Positions 20,174-30,600 of a stretch of 64,000 nucleotides of DNA are shown here, piece after piece (position 1 is the first letter of the stretch; each line of letters begins with the position of its first letter). Below the pieces are notes generated by a model. It was not told where the DNA came from, searched no databases, and saw only the letters and a program-made list of their open reading frames with translations. Made by a program: the position numbers and the translations under genes. The stretch lies in NCBI GenBank assembly GCA_963785035.1, contig CAWATG010000005.1, positions 287 to 64,286 of the forward strand, given 5' to 3'. Source of the DNA: an uncultured Acidimicrobiia bacterium (lineage in GTDB: Bacteria > Actinomycetota > Acidimicrobiia > IMCC26256 > CAWATG01).

Positions 20174-21061
20174 TCAGGCCTCCATGCCCTTGGGCATCAC
20201 CATGCCGACATGCTGAAGGTGTTGCCCGAGCGTTTCGTCGAAGTGATCGGCGACTTGATCGGGCTGCCAACCGCCATCACGCCACATCCATGCGATCTGC
20301 TTGGGATGTTGGAACAGCGTGTAGGCGTAGTCGGTGCGACCGAAAATCTGACCGTTCACATGAGCGGCGCGCTCGGATGCCAAGTAGGCAACAACGGGCG
20401 CATTCAACGCAGGATCTTGTTCCGGAGGGGGCTCGGTACCGCTTCGCTCGAAGAGACTCGCCGTCATGCGCGTCGCGCCTGCCGGTGCCAACGCGTTCAC
20501 GGTGACACCGTACTTACCGAGCTCCAGGGCCCAGACGAACGTCATCCCCATAAGCCCCGCTTTTGCGGCGCCGTAATTCGTCTGCCCGAAGTTCCCACGA
20601 AGTCCGGCCGAAGAGGTGATGTTGATGATGCGGCCGTAGCCCTTGTCCTTCATGATGGGCGCAGCGTGGCGAGCGGTATTGAAGCTGCCCTTGAGATGCA
20701 CGGCGATCACGGCGTCGAAGTCGTCCTCGGACATCTTCACCAGCGTCCGGTCGCGCACGATCCCGGCATTGTTGACCAGGATGTCGATGGTGCCGAATGC
20801 ATCAACCGCAGTGCCGATCATGCGCTCGGCGCCGGCGAAATCGCTGACGGAATCGTAGTTCGGAACTGCACGACCACCGAAGGCCTCAATCTCCTTGCAG
20901 ACCTGCATCGCTGGATCGTCTTGCGTACCGCGCCCATCGAGACTCACACCCACGTCATTGACAACGACATGGGCACCCTCGCGAGCCAAGCACAGCGCCA
21001 GCTCACGTCCGATCCCGCGGCCCGATCCGGTGACGACGGCAACCTTTCCTTCGAGCAACAT
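20174..21061 (-). CDS. Short-chain dehydrogenase/reductase (paralog of 8932..9849; MFE-2/Hsd4A-like)
   Basis: Intact 295-aa ORF with GKVAVVTGSGRGIGR, NNAG and YGAAKAG. It lies directly downstream of the MaoC dehydratase gene. Confidence 0.85.
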   Translation of the reverse strand: MLLEGKVAVVTGSGRGIGRELALCLAREGAHVVVNDVGVSLDGRGTQDDPAMQVCKEIEAFGGRAVPNYDSVSDFAGAERMIGTAVDAFGTIDILVNNAGIVRDRTLVKMSEDDFDAVIAVHLKGSFNTARHAAPIMKDKGYGRIINITSSAGLRGNFGQTNYGAAKAGLMGMTFVWALELGKYGVTVNALAPAGATRMTASLFERSGTEPPPEQDPALNAPVVAYLASERAAHVNGQIFGRTDYAYTLFQHPKQIAWMWRDGGWQPDQVADHFDETLGQHLQHVGMVMPKGMEA

Positions 21062-21069
21062 CGGATCCC

Positions 21070-21498
21070 CTACTTCTCAACCACGGCGACGGCAGTTCCG
21101 TTCAAGCACACGTCGCCGCGTTGGTTCTCGACCAAGCACTCAAGGTCGACGAGGGCGACGCCATCTTCCTCGCGCTTGCCGGTCACGGTAGCGGCACACG
21201 TCAACGTGTCACCCGGCCAGACCTGCTTGGAAAAACGCACGCCGAACTTGCGAAGCGCTGTCGGACCGAACCAGTCGGTGAGGACTCGGCCCATCAACCC
21301 GGCTGTGAGCATTCCGTGGCCGAACACCGACGGGTTGCCCACAGACGTGGCGATGGTGTCGTCGTGGTGCATGGGGTTGAAGTCACCCGATGCCCCGGCA
21401 TACCGAACGAAATTGGTACGTGTGAGGTTCTCCACGACGAGGGGCGAACACTTGTCACCGACCTGGAGATCGGCGAAGCGGGGGACAGAACTGGACAC
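21070..21498 (-). CDS. MaoC-like (R)-specific enoyl-CoA hydratase, hot-dog fold
   Basis: Intact 142-aa ORF with the MaoC signature YAGASGDFNPMHHDD. Confidence 0.85.
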   Translation of the reverse strand: MSSSVPRFADLQVGDKCSPLVVENLTRTNFVRYAGASGDFNPMHHDDTIATSVGNPSVFGHGMLTAGLMGRVLTDWFGPTALRKFGVRFSKQVWPGDTLTCAATVTGKREEDGVALVDLECLVENQRGDVCLNGTAVAVVEK

Positions 21499-21591
21499 GA
21501 CAACTCCTTGTCATCCTTGTGAACGAATCTAGCGTCGGCACAACCGGCGTTCGGATTGTTACGTCGCGCGACGTGCGCAGCTTTTGGAGTG

Positions 21592-22350
21592 CTATACGGT
21601 CTCTCCGAGATACGCTCGGCGGACGGTTGGGTTACTCAGCACGTCGTCGGTGGGTCCGGACGCGATAAGCGTGCCGAAGTCGAGGACGAACAACCGATTC
21701 GCCAGACTCTGCACCATTTCGACGTCGTGTTCCACGAGCAGGATCGCCGTGCCCCGCTCCTTCTGGATGTCACGGAGCATCTCGGCGATCTCGTGTGTCT
21801 CGGACCGATCCAGGCCCGATGACGGTTCGTCGAGCAGCAGCAGCTTGGGTTCGGTCATCAGGGTTCGACCTAGCTCGACGAGTCGCGCAATGCCGAGGCT
21901 GAGCGACTCGATCGGACGGTCAGCCACCGCTTCGAGCTTCAGTAGCGCAAGCGTGGCGCTCGCACGCTCTTGTTCATCCTTGCTTGGACCCCCGCGGTTC
22001 AGCAGGTCTTTCCACAACGAGCCATCCCGGCGACGCGCCCGCTCCGCAACGAGCAAATGGTCTCGAACGGTCATCCCTGCGAATACCTCAATACGCTGGA
22101 ATGTGCGCCCAAAACCAAGACGAGCGCGCTGGAACGTCGGCAGCGCCGTGATGTCGGCTCCATCGAACATGACCCGTCCGCCGTCGGGTCGCAAGATCCC
22201 GAACAAGCAGTTGAAGAACGTCGTCTTCCCAGCGCCGTTCGGACCGATCAGACCGACCAACTCGCCAGGCTCGACGTCAAGCGAGACATCACTGAGCGCG
22301 GTAATGCCGGCGAAGTGCTTCGAAATGCCGACCGCTTGCAGCAAGCCCAC
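21592..22350 (-). CDS. livG: Branched-chain amino acid ABC transporter ATP-binding protein (LivG-type)
   Basis: Walker A GPNGAGKTT, RTFQ, LSLGIARLVELGRTL, LLLLDEPSSGLD, and C-terminal VRRAYLGE. Confidence 0.85.
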   Translation of the reverse strand: MGLLQAVGISKHFAGITALSDVSLDVEPGELVGLIGPNGAGKTTFFNCLFGILRPDGGRVMFDGADITALPTFQRARLGFGRTFQRIEVFAGMTVRDHLLVAERARRRDGSLWKDLLNRGGPSKDEQERASATLALLKLEAVADRPIESLSLGIARLVELGRTLMTEPKLLLLDEPSSGLDRSETHEIAEMLRDIQKERGTAILLVEHDVEMVQSLANRLFVLDFGTLIASGPTDDVLSNPTVRRAYLGETV

Positions 22351-22443
22351 AGATCTCCCATCGAACGGACGGCGATACCCCTCACAAAACCCACGGAGTA
22401 TAGGAAAGTCGCAGGCGACTCGCCGCAGCGAGAACCTGGCGCC

Positions 22444-23734
22444 CTAGCGGTAGATCGTCCGGGTCGGCGTTTCGTTCGCGTCGGCATCCCAGCAGAGGAA
22501 CGGCTTGCCCGGGCGCGTCTTCCACGGCTTGAAGCTCCCGTCGCCCGCGACTTTGACAACCGATACACAGGCAAGACCCGCTCGCCGGGTGTGGTTGATC
22601 GTCCGCACGCCCGGCAGGATCCCCTGGATCGTGTCGTTCTCGAATTTCGCCTTGTTGAGGGCGTCGATGAGTGATGCCCGTGTGACCTGCCGTCCGGCCT
22701 CGCGTAGCCCAGCGACGAAGATGTGCGCGCTCATCCATCCGGTGAGGGAGATCTCATTCTTGGGATACTCACGCTTGTTCATCCATGTTCCGAACAGCTT
22801 GATTCCTTCTGGAATGGGTCTCGTCTCGAACGGCGCGAACTGCACCGGCACCAGGGAACCGGCCAAAAGGTAGGCGTTGGCCCGCATGAACGCATGGTCA
22901 TAGCCGTTGGGCAACAGCTGAATGGCAGCCAGATCCTGTTTCTTTATTTCCCGAGCAAGCGACAGCGCCGCATTTTGGTCCATGCAGTGCGAGATCAAGG
23001 TGACGCCAGCCGCGCTTCATCGCTCGGACCTCAGCAGAGAAATCGGTTTGGCCAAATGGCACGCTCGTCGAGAAATAGGCAACCTTGGCGGTTGGATATT
23101 TCTCGAATGCCCGCTTGCGATTCACAGCACAGTCTTTGGAGTTGGCGACCGCATAGGCCAAGACTCCTACTTTGTCCCTCCCGGCCAGCTCCGCGAGCAT
23201 CGGCGTCGTCGGGTACGGACAGGTAATGCAGCGACTTCCATTGATACCGAACAGGTTCTTGGGGCCCGCCCACTCATCGTTGATCCCCCACCCGAATGTT
23301 GGGACCGACCGATCGATGAGTTCACGCGCTCCACTGAACGAATAGATCGTGGCCACCGGCAGAACCGCAAACACATTGTCGTGATCCAACAGCGCCTGGA
23401 CCTCCTGCGCGTTCGCAGCAGTCCTGTCGTCCCGGCGGACGGCGAAGTTCAACCGACGTCCGTGCACCCCACCGGAGCTGTTGACCATGTCGAAGTACGC
23501 CTGCACCCCGTCATTGACCGAATCGTACGGGCCATTCGTGACGTTTGTGATCGATGCGACACCACCAACGCGAATCTCGGTATCAGTCACACCCGGCACC
23601 GTCTTGCGCGCCGTTCGAACACCGACCCGTTCCTCGATCGAGGAGGCATAGGGCGCGCTAGCCCCCGCCGACGTGACGGCGAATGCGGCAACCGACATCC
23701 CGACAGCCATGATCCATGACCAAGTACGCAACAC
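22444..23734 (-). pseudogene. ABC transporter substrate-binding protein (Leu/Ile/Val-binding type I PBP); one frame break as assembled
   Basis: ORFs 22898..23734 and 22444..22998 align end to end with the intact paralog at 23808..25073 (SAEVRAMK | AGVTLISHCMDQNAALSLAREIKKQ versus SAEVKAMKDAGVTMVNHCIDQNGALSLAKEMRKQ). The break is near ~23008. An N-terminal signal-like segment is present. Confidence 0.8.
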
Positions 23735-23807
23735 CGCAACCTCCCCCTCGATGCCTCATTCGGCCTCCCGAGACGAGAAGTTGAGGGATTGTCGCGTCAC
23801 CGCGGTC

Positions 23808-25073
23808 TCAGCGGTGGATTGTGGCCTTCGGAACACCGGGCGTTTCAGCGTCCCAGCACAGGAATGGCTTTCTCGGACGGGTCTGCCATGGCAGGAATGC
23901 ACCATCTGCAGCCACTTTGACCATCGCGATACACAAGTTTTGGCGCTCGGTGGTGTGCTTGATGGTTTGGGTTCCCGGTGCCAGTCCCTGCATCGTGTCC
24001 TTGGTGAACTTCGTGTTGAGGACGTCGATCAGCGAGGCGCGCGTGACCTTGCGCCCGGCCGCCTCCAATCCCTTGACGAAAAGATTTGCGCTCATCCAGC
24101 CCACCATCGAGATTTCGTTCCGCTCAAAGTTCTTCTTCTTCATCCATTTGTTGAAGAGCTTCAAACCCGTCGGCTGCGGCTTGAACTCGAATGGGGCGAA
24201 CTGCACCAGAATCAATGAGCCTGCAAGAAAGGCGGCATTCGCCCGCATGAACTTGTGGTCATAGGCGTTGGGCAGGAGCTGAATGGCCTTCAGGTTCTGC
24301 TTGCGCATCTCCTTCGCAAGAGACAGTGCTCCGTTCTGGTCAATGCAATGGTTCACCATCGTGACGCCTGCATCCTTCATAGCCTTGACCTCTGCCGAGA
24401 GATCAGTGACACCAAATGCCAGGCTCTTCGAGACGTACACAACCTCTGCGGTCGGATAGCGCTTGTAGGATTGGACGATCATCTCCGCGCAGTCGCTCGA
24501 GTTCGCGACGCCATAGGCCACAACACCGATCTTCTTCTTCCCGGCCAGTTTCGAGACCATTGGAAACGCCGGGTAGGTGCAGGAAAAACAGTTGATCCCA
24601 CCGAACTGAAAGAGGTTCTCGGGTCCGGTCCATTCGGCGTTGATTCCCCACCCGAACGCTGGAACATTTTTTTCAGCGAGGAGCTTTGCCCCACTGAACG
24701 AGAAGATCGTTGCCATCGGCAAGGCTGCGAACACCTTGTCCTGCTCGAGGAGACCCTGCACCTCCTGCGCATTCGCAGCGATCTTGTCATCGCGGCGAGC
24801 AACAAGGCGGAGCTTGCGTCCGTGGACGCCACCAGCCGCGTTCACCATGTCGAAGTATGCCTGGACGCCGTCGAAGGAGGACGCGTACGGACCGTTGATC
24901 GGGTTGGTTACCGAGGCGACACCACCGACGCGAATCTCGGTATCTGTGATACCAGGATCAGTTGTCCCCTGGGCATCCGCCGGCTCGGACGAACCGACGC
25001 CAAGGATGGAACCCAAAACCAATGTTACGAGCAGCAATCCAACTGTCGACGAACGCCACCGGAAAGCGAGCAT
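23808..25073 (-). CDS. ABC transporter substrate-binding protein (Leu/Ile/Val-binding type I PBP), secreted
   Basis: Intact 421-aa ORF with an N-terminal hydrophobic signal segment (TVGLLLVTLVLGSILGVGSS). It is a paralog of the adjacent gene. Confidence 0.8.
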   Translation of the reverse strand: MLAFRWRSSTVGLLLVTLVLGSILGVGSSEPADAQGTTDPGITDTEIRVGGVASVTNPINGPYASSFDGVQAYFDMVNAAGGVHGRKLRLVARRDDKIAANAQEVQGLLEQDKVFAALPMATIFSFSGAKLLAEKNVPAFGWGINAEWTGPENLFQFGGINCFSCTYPAFPMVSKLAGKKKIGVVAYGVANSSDCAEMIVQSYKRYPTAEVVYVSKSLAFGVTDLSAEVKAMKDAGVTMVNHCIDQNGALSLAKEMRKQNLKAIQLLPNAYDHKFMRANAAFLAGSLILVQFAPFEFKPQPTGLKLFNKWMKKKNFERNEISMVGWMSANLFVKGLEAAGRKVTRASLIDVLNTKFTKDTMQGLAPGTQTIKHTTERQNLCIAMVKVAADGAFLPWQTRPRKPFLCWDAETPGVPKATIHR

Positions 25074-25163
25074 CCATCCCCCTTAGTGTTGTGACGTTCG
25101 TCACGGTAGTGGTGCCGCCCGCTCCTGACAAGACCAGCAGCACCGACGAGCAAGACTCGCGGC

Positions 25164-25955
25164 ATGGCAAAGACCCTCGTGACCTTTCATGCACATCCTG
25201 ACGATGAGTCAATCGCCACGGGCGGCGTGATGGCCCGCGCTGCGGCAGAAGGCCATCGCGTCGTTCTGGTACTCGCTACACGGGGGGAGGTCGGCGAGGT
25301 TCCACCTGATTACCTCGGCCTCCACGAGACGCTCGCCGATCGGCGCGTACAGGAAGTCGAGGCCGCGGCGGAGATTCTCGGTGTTGCTCGCGTCGCATAC
25401 CTGGGGTACCGGGACTCAGGAATGATGCATGAGCCGACAAACGACCATCCTGAGGCGTTCTGGCAAGCCTCAGTCGACACTGCTGCGCGACAGCTCGCAG
25501 ACATCTTGCGCGAGGAGCACGCCGACGTCCTCACGATCTATGACGACCGCGGCGGCTACGGGCACCCCGATCACATCCAGGTGCATCGCGTCGGGATAGC
25601 CGCGGCACATTTGGCCGGTACGCCGCGGATCTACGAGTCGGTTGTCAATCGGGACCACGTCAGACGCCTACTCGCCGGCATTCCCCCAGATGCAATCCCT
25701 GAGGGTGTCGAAATTCCCGACCTCGACGAGCTTGAACTCGGCGTCTCGGAATCGCTCATCACGACAACAGTCGACGTGCGTGCGTTCGCGGAGCAGAAAC
25801 GCGCTGCGATGCGTGCACATGGCAGCCAGATCAGCAGCGACTCGTTCTTCCTGCAGCTGCCGGACGCCATCTTCAGAGAATCATTCGGCTACGAGTGCTT
25901 CATTCGCCGTGATGTTGATCCGGCCCTACGCGAGACAAGCATCTTCGGCGGCTGA
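25164..25955 (+). CDS. PIG-L/LmbE-family deacetylase (MshB-like)
   Basis: Motifs HAHPDDES, GEVGEV and GHPDHIQVH. Intact 263-aa ORF. Confidence 0.75.
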   Translation: MAKTLVTFHAHPDDESIATGGVMARAAAEGHRVVLVLATRGEVGEVPPDYLGLHETLADRRVQEVEAAAEILGVARVAYLGYRDSGMMHEPTNDHPEAFWQASVDTAARQLADILREEHADVLTIYDDRGGYGHPDHIQVHRVGIAAAHLAGTPRIYESVVNRDHVRRLLAGIPPDAIPEGVEIPDLDELELGVSESLITTTVDVRAFAEQKRAAMRAHGSQISSDSFFLQLPDAIFRESFGYECFIRRDVDPALRETSIFGG

Positions 25956-25983
25956 CAGCCTCCCGACGCGGCACAATATCGGT

Positions 25984-27207
25984 ATGTCATGGTTTTTCAT
26001 CGTTGTTGGAGTACTCAGCGTTGCTCTGACAACAAACGCCATGCGCCCAAGCAAACACTGGCAGCTGTTTCTTCCAAGCTTCGTGGCAGGGTGGTTGACC
26101 GGCGAGCTCGCGCTGTTCTTGCTCTTCGGGCACCTCCTGCTTCCCGCGGGATTCGTCGCGTCCGGTGCACTCGACAGATGGCCGGGATGGGTTGGCCTCG
26201 CGCTCATCGCCCTCTCCGCGACCGGGCTCTTGCGCCTCATCGTCGTCGCCACACGCACTCGCCGCGTCATCGCCGATGCCCTCGCCCCGATGCATTTACC
26301 GGGTGACGCTCCTCCGGCCTCGCATCGCTTCAGACGAATACGCCGCATCCTCCTTCCCTTTCCGATGCGTCCCAGACGTGTACAACGAATCCGCAACATC
26401 CGCTACGCGGATGGTTTCGGGCGTCAGCACCTTCTCGACGTCTACCGACCTCGCGACGTCGTGGTCGGTGCGCCCGTGCTCCTGCAGATCCACGGGGGCG
26501 CCTGGGTCATCGGTAGCAAGAATCAACAGGCGCTCCCCCTCATGTTGCACCTCGCGGCAAAGGGCTGGATCTGCGTGACCGCGAACTACCGTCTGAGTCC
26601 GCAGGCGTACTTCCCCGAACATCTCATTGATTGCAAGCTCGCGCTCGCATGGGTTCGGGCGAACATCGCACAGTTCGGCGGCGACCCGGACATTGTGGTC
26701 GTCACCGGCGGATCGGCCGGTGGCCACCTTGCCGCTCTCATGGGACTCACCGAGAACCAAGCAGAGTTCCAACCTGGTTTCGAGGAAACCGACACCTCGG
26801 TGACTGCGGTTGTCCCGCTCTATGGCGTCTATGACATGACCACGATCTTCCGACCTGACGAACGCAGCAGGATCAGCCGCCGGATCTCCGCACGCTTCAA
26901 GCGAGTCGTGCTCGGACCCGTTGCCATGGACAACCCCGAAGCCTTATTGCGTGCGTCACCAATCAGCCATGTCACAAAGGATGCGCCGCCCTTCTTTGTC
27001 ATCCACGGCACACACGACAACCTGGTGCCAGTCGAGCAGGCTCGCAGTTTCGTCGGAGCATTGCGTAGCACGTCGGAAGCGCCAGTCGTCTACGCCGAGT
27101 TGCCAGGCGCCTCACATGCCTTCGAGATCTTCTCGTCCATCCGCGCCGAGCACACCATTGCGGGCATCGACAGCTTTGTCACGTGGATCGCGCAGCGGCA
27201 GCGCTAG
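25984..27207 (+). CDS. Membrane-anchored alpha/beta-hydrolase (family IV/HSL-like esterase)
   Basis: Start at ATG 25984 (MSWFFIVVGVL...). It has N-terminal TM helices, an oxyanion HGGAW motif, the nucleophile elbow GGSAGG and a C-terminal His region. The track ORF start (25642) overlaps the upstream gene. Confidence 0.8.
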   Translation: MSWFFIVVGVLSVALTTNAMRPSKHWQLFLPSFVAGWLTGELALFLLFGHLLLPAGFVASGALDRWPGWVGLALIALSATGLLRLIVVATRTRRVIADALAPMHLPGDAPPASHRFRRIRRILLPFPMRPRRVQRIRNIRYADGFGRQHLLDVYRPRDVVVGAPVLLQIHGGAWVIGSKNQQALPLMLHLAAKGWICVTANYRLSPQAYFPEHLIDCKLALAWVRANIAQFGGDPDIVVVTGGSAGGHLAALMGLTENQAEFQPGFEETDTSVTAVVPLYGVYDMTTIFRPDERSRISRRISARFKRVVLGPVAMDNPEALLRASPISHVTKDAPPFFVIHGTHDNLVPVEQARSFVGALRSTSEAPVVYAELPGASHAFEIFSSIRAEHTIAGIDSFVTWIAQRQR

Positions 27208-27638
27208 TCCTGGTCATCTCGAGGGCCACGACGCTGCGCTTTTCGGTCGGCAGTGCGACGCTTCTCGTCGAGTCGCCGGGCCTTCGCCGCCTTCGACGGT
27301 TTCGTCGCCTGGCGCGTCCGCTCAACTCTCAATCCTTCCGCCAGCCGGTCCCGCAGCCGGGTGATCGCCAGCTCACGGTTGCGCACCTGCGACCGTTCAT
27401 CGGACGCCACGACTCGCACCACCGGCCCCAACCGCTCGAGCAACTTTGCGCGTTGGCGGGGACCGAGCGACCTCGAAGCAGCAATGTCAAACCGCACCTC
27501 GGCGCGCGTGTTCGACGTATTGGCATGCTGGCCACCCGGACCGCCTGAACTACTGAACCGCCATTCCAACTCGTCCAGCGGTATCCGGCACGAACCGTTG
27601 ACCCAGAGCCACTCCCCCATGGCGATCAGCACTCCCAC
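27204..27638 (-). CDS. arfB: Alternative ribosome-rescue factor ArfB (peptidyl-tRNA hydrolase, GGQ class)
   Basis: GGQ motif in SSGGPGGQHAN and a basic C-terminal tail (KPSKAAKARRLDEKRRTADRKAQRR). The start is GTG 27638, abutting the gltB stop, or ATG 27620. Confidence 0.8.
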   Translation of the reverse strand: MGVLIAMGEWLWVNGSCRIPLDELEWRFSSSGGPGGQHANTSNTRAEVRFDIAASRSLGPRQRAKLLERLGPVVRVVASDERSQVRNRELAITRLRDRLAEGLRVERTRQATKPSKAAKARRLDEKRRTADRKAQRRGPRDDQD

Positions 27639-30600
27639 TCAGCGTGATGCGCCGAGCAACCCCTCATTGGCACGTTCGATCCGAACCACCTCCGATAGCG
27701 GCGCGACACGCCAGAGAAAGCGGCTCGTTGCTTGCCAGTCCGCAAGCAGTTCCGCCGCACGACGCGAACCGGTGAGCCCACGATGCTCCTCCAGCAGTTC
27801 CCTCACCTCCGCGAGTTCCTCATCATCGGGCGCGACCGCGTCGACGAGCTGGCGATTCAGCCTGGCGGCCAAGAGCGCTTCTTCGTCGACGATGAACGCC
27901 CGACCACCGGTCATGCCAGCCCCGAGGTTGTATCCGAACGGGCCGAGTATCAGGACCGTCCCGCCCGTCATGTACTCACACGCATGGTCACCGGTGCCTT
28001 CGACGACGGCCGTCGCACCACTGTTTCGAACTGCGAAGCGCTCACCAACCCGACCTGCTACGAAGAGCTGGCCGCCGGTCGCGCCGTACAACACGGTGTT
28101 GCCCGCCAAGACTGGATCGCCCGCGTCATCCGCTGGTGGTCGCACCACGATCCGACCCCCGCCCTGACCTTTGCCGACGTAGTCGTTGGCCTCGCCGATG
28201 AGGTCGAGCGTGACCCCATCAGCCAGGAAGGCACCGAAGCTTTGTCCTGCCGTGCCGGTGAACCGCGCCTTGACCGAACCCGCCGGTAACGACCTTCCCC
28301 ATTCCAGGCCGATAGCGCCACCCAACGAGGCGCCGATTGCACGGTCCGCTCCGGTGATCGTGTAGTCGAGCGTAATTTCGCCGCCTTCCCACAATGTTCC
28401 GAATGCATCCAGGTACAGCTGCTCGTCGAGTTCCGAGCGTGGACGCTGGATCGGCATACCCGCAACAAAGTGCCGCGGCGCGGCGGCATCGCCCGGCATG
28501 CACAACAAGGGCGCCAGGTCCAACGAATCGGTACGCGTATCCCCCGTCACGCTGCTGTGTGAGGAGCTCAACCCGCCCGATCGCGTCATCGAGGGAACGC
28601 AGGCCGTTCTGTGCGAGCAGAGATCGCACCTCCTCTGCGACGAACAGGAGGTATTGCGCAACACCTTCAGGTGTCCCTGCGAACTTGCGGCGCAGATTCG
28701 TGCGCTGCGTGGCGATGCCCGTCGGACACGTATCCCGATGACAGGCTCGTACCATGATGCAACCCTCGGCGATCATCACGGCTGTGCCGAACGAGTACTC
28801 ATCCGCACCGAGGAGCGCGGCGACGAGCACATCGCGACCTGTCTTGAACCCGCCGTCGACACGAAGACGCACGCGATCGCGCAGCGCGTTTTCAACGAGT
28901 GCCTGTTGCGTCTCTGCGATGCCGAGCTCCCAGGGCATGCCCGCGTGTTTGATCGACGACAATGGCGATGCCCCCGTACCACCATTCGCGCCCGAAACTT
29001 GAACCACGTCCGCAAGCGCCTTCACGACACCCGCTGCAATCGTTCCAATGCCGGCTTCGGCGACCAACTTCACCGACACTGCTGCTCGCGGGTTGACCTG
29101 CTTGAGATCAAAGATCAATTGCGCGAGATCCTCGATCGAATAGATGTCGTGATGCGGCGGTGGCGAGATCAGACCGACACCAGGCTGGGTATGGCGCAAG
29201 CGCGCGATCTCAGCGCTCACCTTGTGTCCCGGGAGCTGGCCACCTTCACCAGGCTTGGAGCCCTGAGCAATCTTGATGTTCAGCTCATCGGCAAAGGCGC
29301 AATACTCGGGTGTTACCCCGAAGCGCCCCGACGCGATCTGCTTGATCCTGGAGTTCTTGTCTACCGCTTGGCCTCGGGTTCGGAAACGCGCGGGATCCTC
29401 GCCGCCCTCGCCGCAGTTGCTCTTGCCGCCGATGAGATTCATCGCGACAGCGATCGTCTCGTGGGCCTCCTTGCTCAGCGAACCGTGCGACATGGCACCC
29501 GTGGAGAAGCGACGTGTGATCGCCTCGATGGGCTCGACCTCGTCCAGCGGGATCGGACTGCCTGCCGGAAGAATCTCCAGCAAGTCGTGCAACTCCGTGG
29601 TCGGTCGGCTCTCCACAAGGTTGCGGAACTGGTCGTACAAGTCGGAACGACCATCCTTGACGGCTCGCTGCAACACGTGCGCGGCGCGAAGATCAACGGG
29701 ATCGGGCCTGGCCATCAACTCTGCCGGCACCGGTTCGATGATCGACGCCGGACCCAGAATCATGACGCTTCCCTGCTCCTCGGGCGGCGCCGGCTGCAAT
29801 GATCCGAGAGGAGCAATGGTCTCCGATGCTGACGAGGGACCACCTGCATGTTCCAGCACCCGCGATCCGATCGCGCTGCCCTTGTCGGTGCTACGTCGCT
29901 TCGGTTCAGCGTCGCTGCCGCTGCTTCAGTCTCCACACCTGCCACGGCATGTATACCGTCAGCAACTTCGGGATTGTTGGCGTGATAGTCACCGCCACGC
30001 TTGCGGAATCGAACCCAGCCTGGCTCGTCAAGCTGAGCAACGTCAGCCGCGAATCCCTCCTGATGCCGACTCAATGCGTCGAGCCCGAGCTCGGCGAATC
30101 CGATACCGCCGACAGTCGACGTCGTCTCGCGCAGGCACCGATGGATCACCGATGGGCCAAGTCCGATGACTTCGAAAATCTGCGCCGAACGGTACCCCTC
30201 GACAGTGGAAATGCCCATCTTGGCGAAGATCTTCAGCACGCCGTCCTCGACGCCGGCCTGGTACTTCGCCTGGGCATCTGCGGAGTGCAACTCGCCCAGC
30301 TGGTCGTCGTCGGCCATCGCCGCGACGCTTTCGAGTGCCAGCCGCGGACACACCGCGTCGGCGCCATAGCCCAACAGGCATGCAACGCCATGTACGTCGC
30401 GCACATCGCCGGAGTCCACCACGAGCGAAACCAGCTGACGGACATGCGAATCGATCAAGCGATGATGCACAGCCCCCAGGGCAAGGAGCGACGGCACAGG
30501 AACGCGCTCATCGCTGACCCGTCCATCGGAGATCACGATGATTCCCACTCCACCCTCGATCGCGTGCAGCGCTTCGAGCGAGATGCGTTCCAACGCTGCT

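Noticed and set aside
21561-21574. 14-bp perfect palindrome ACGTCGCGCGACGT between livG and the MaoC gene, considered as an operator or terminator.
   Set aside because: A spacer-less 7+7 palindrome is expected a few times by chance in 64 kb. It is pure GC/CG-type low-complexity sequence with no U-tract and no matching known motif.
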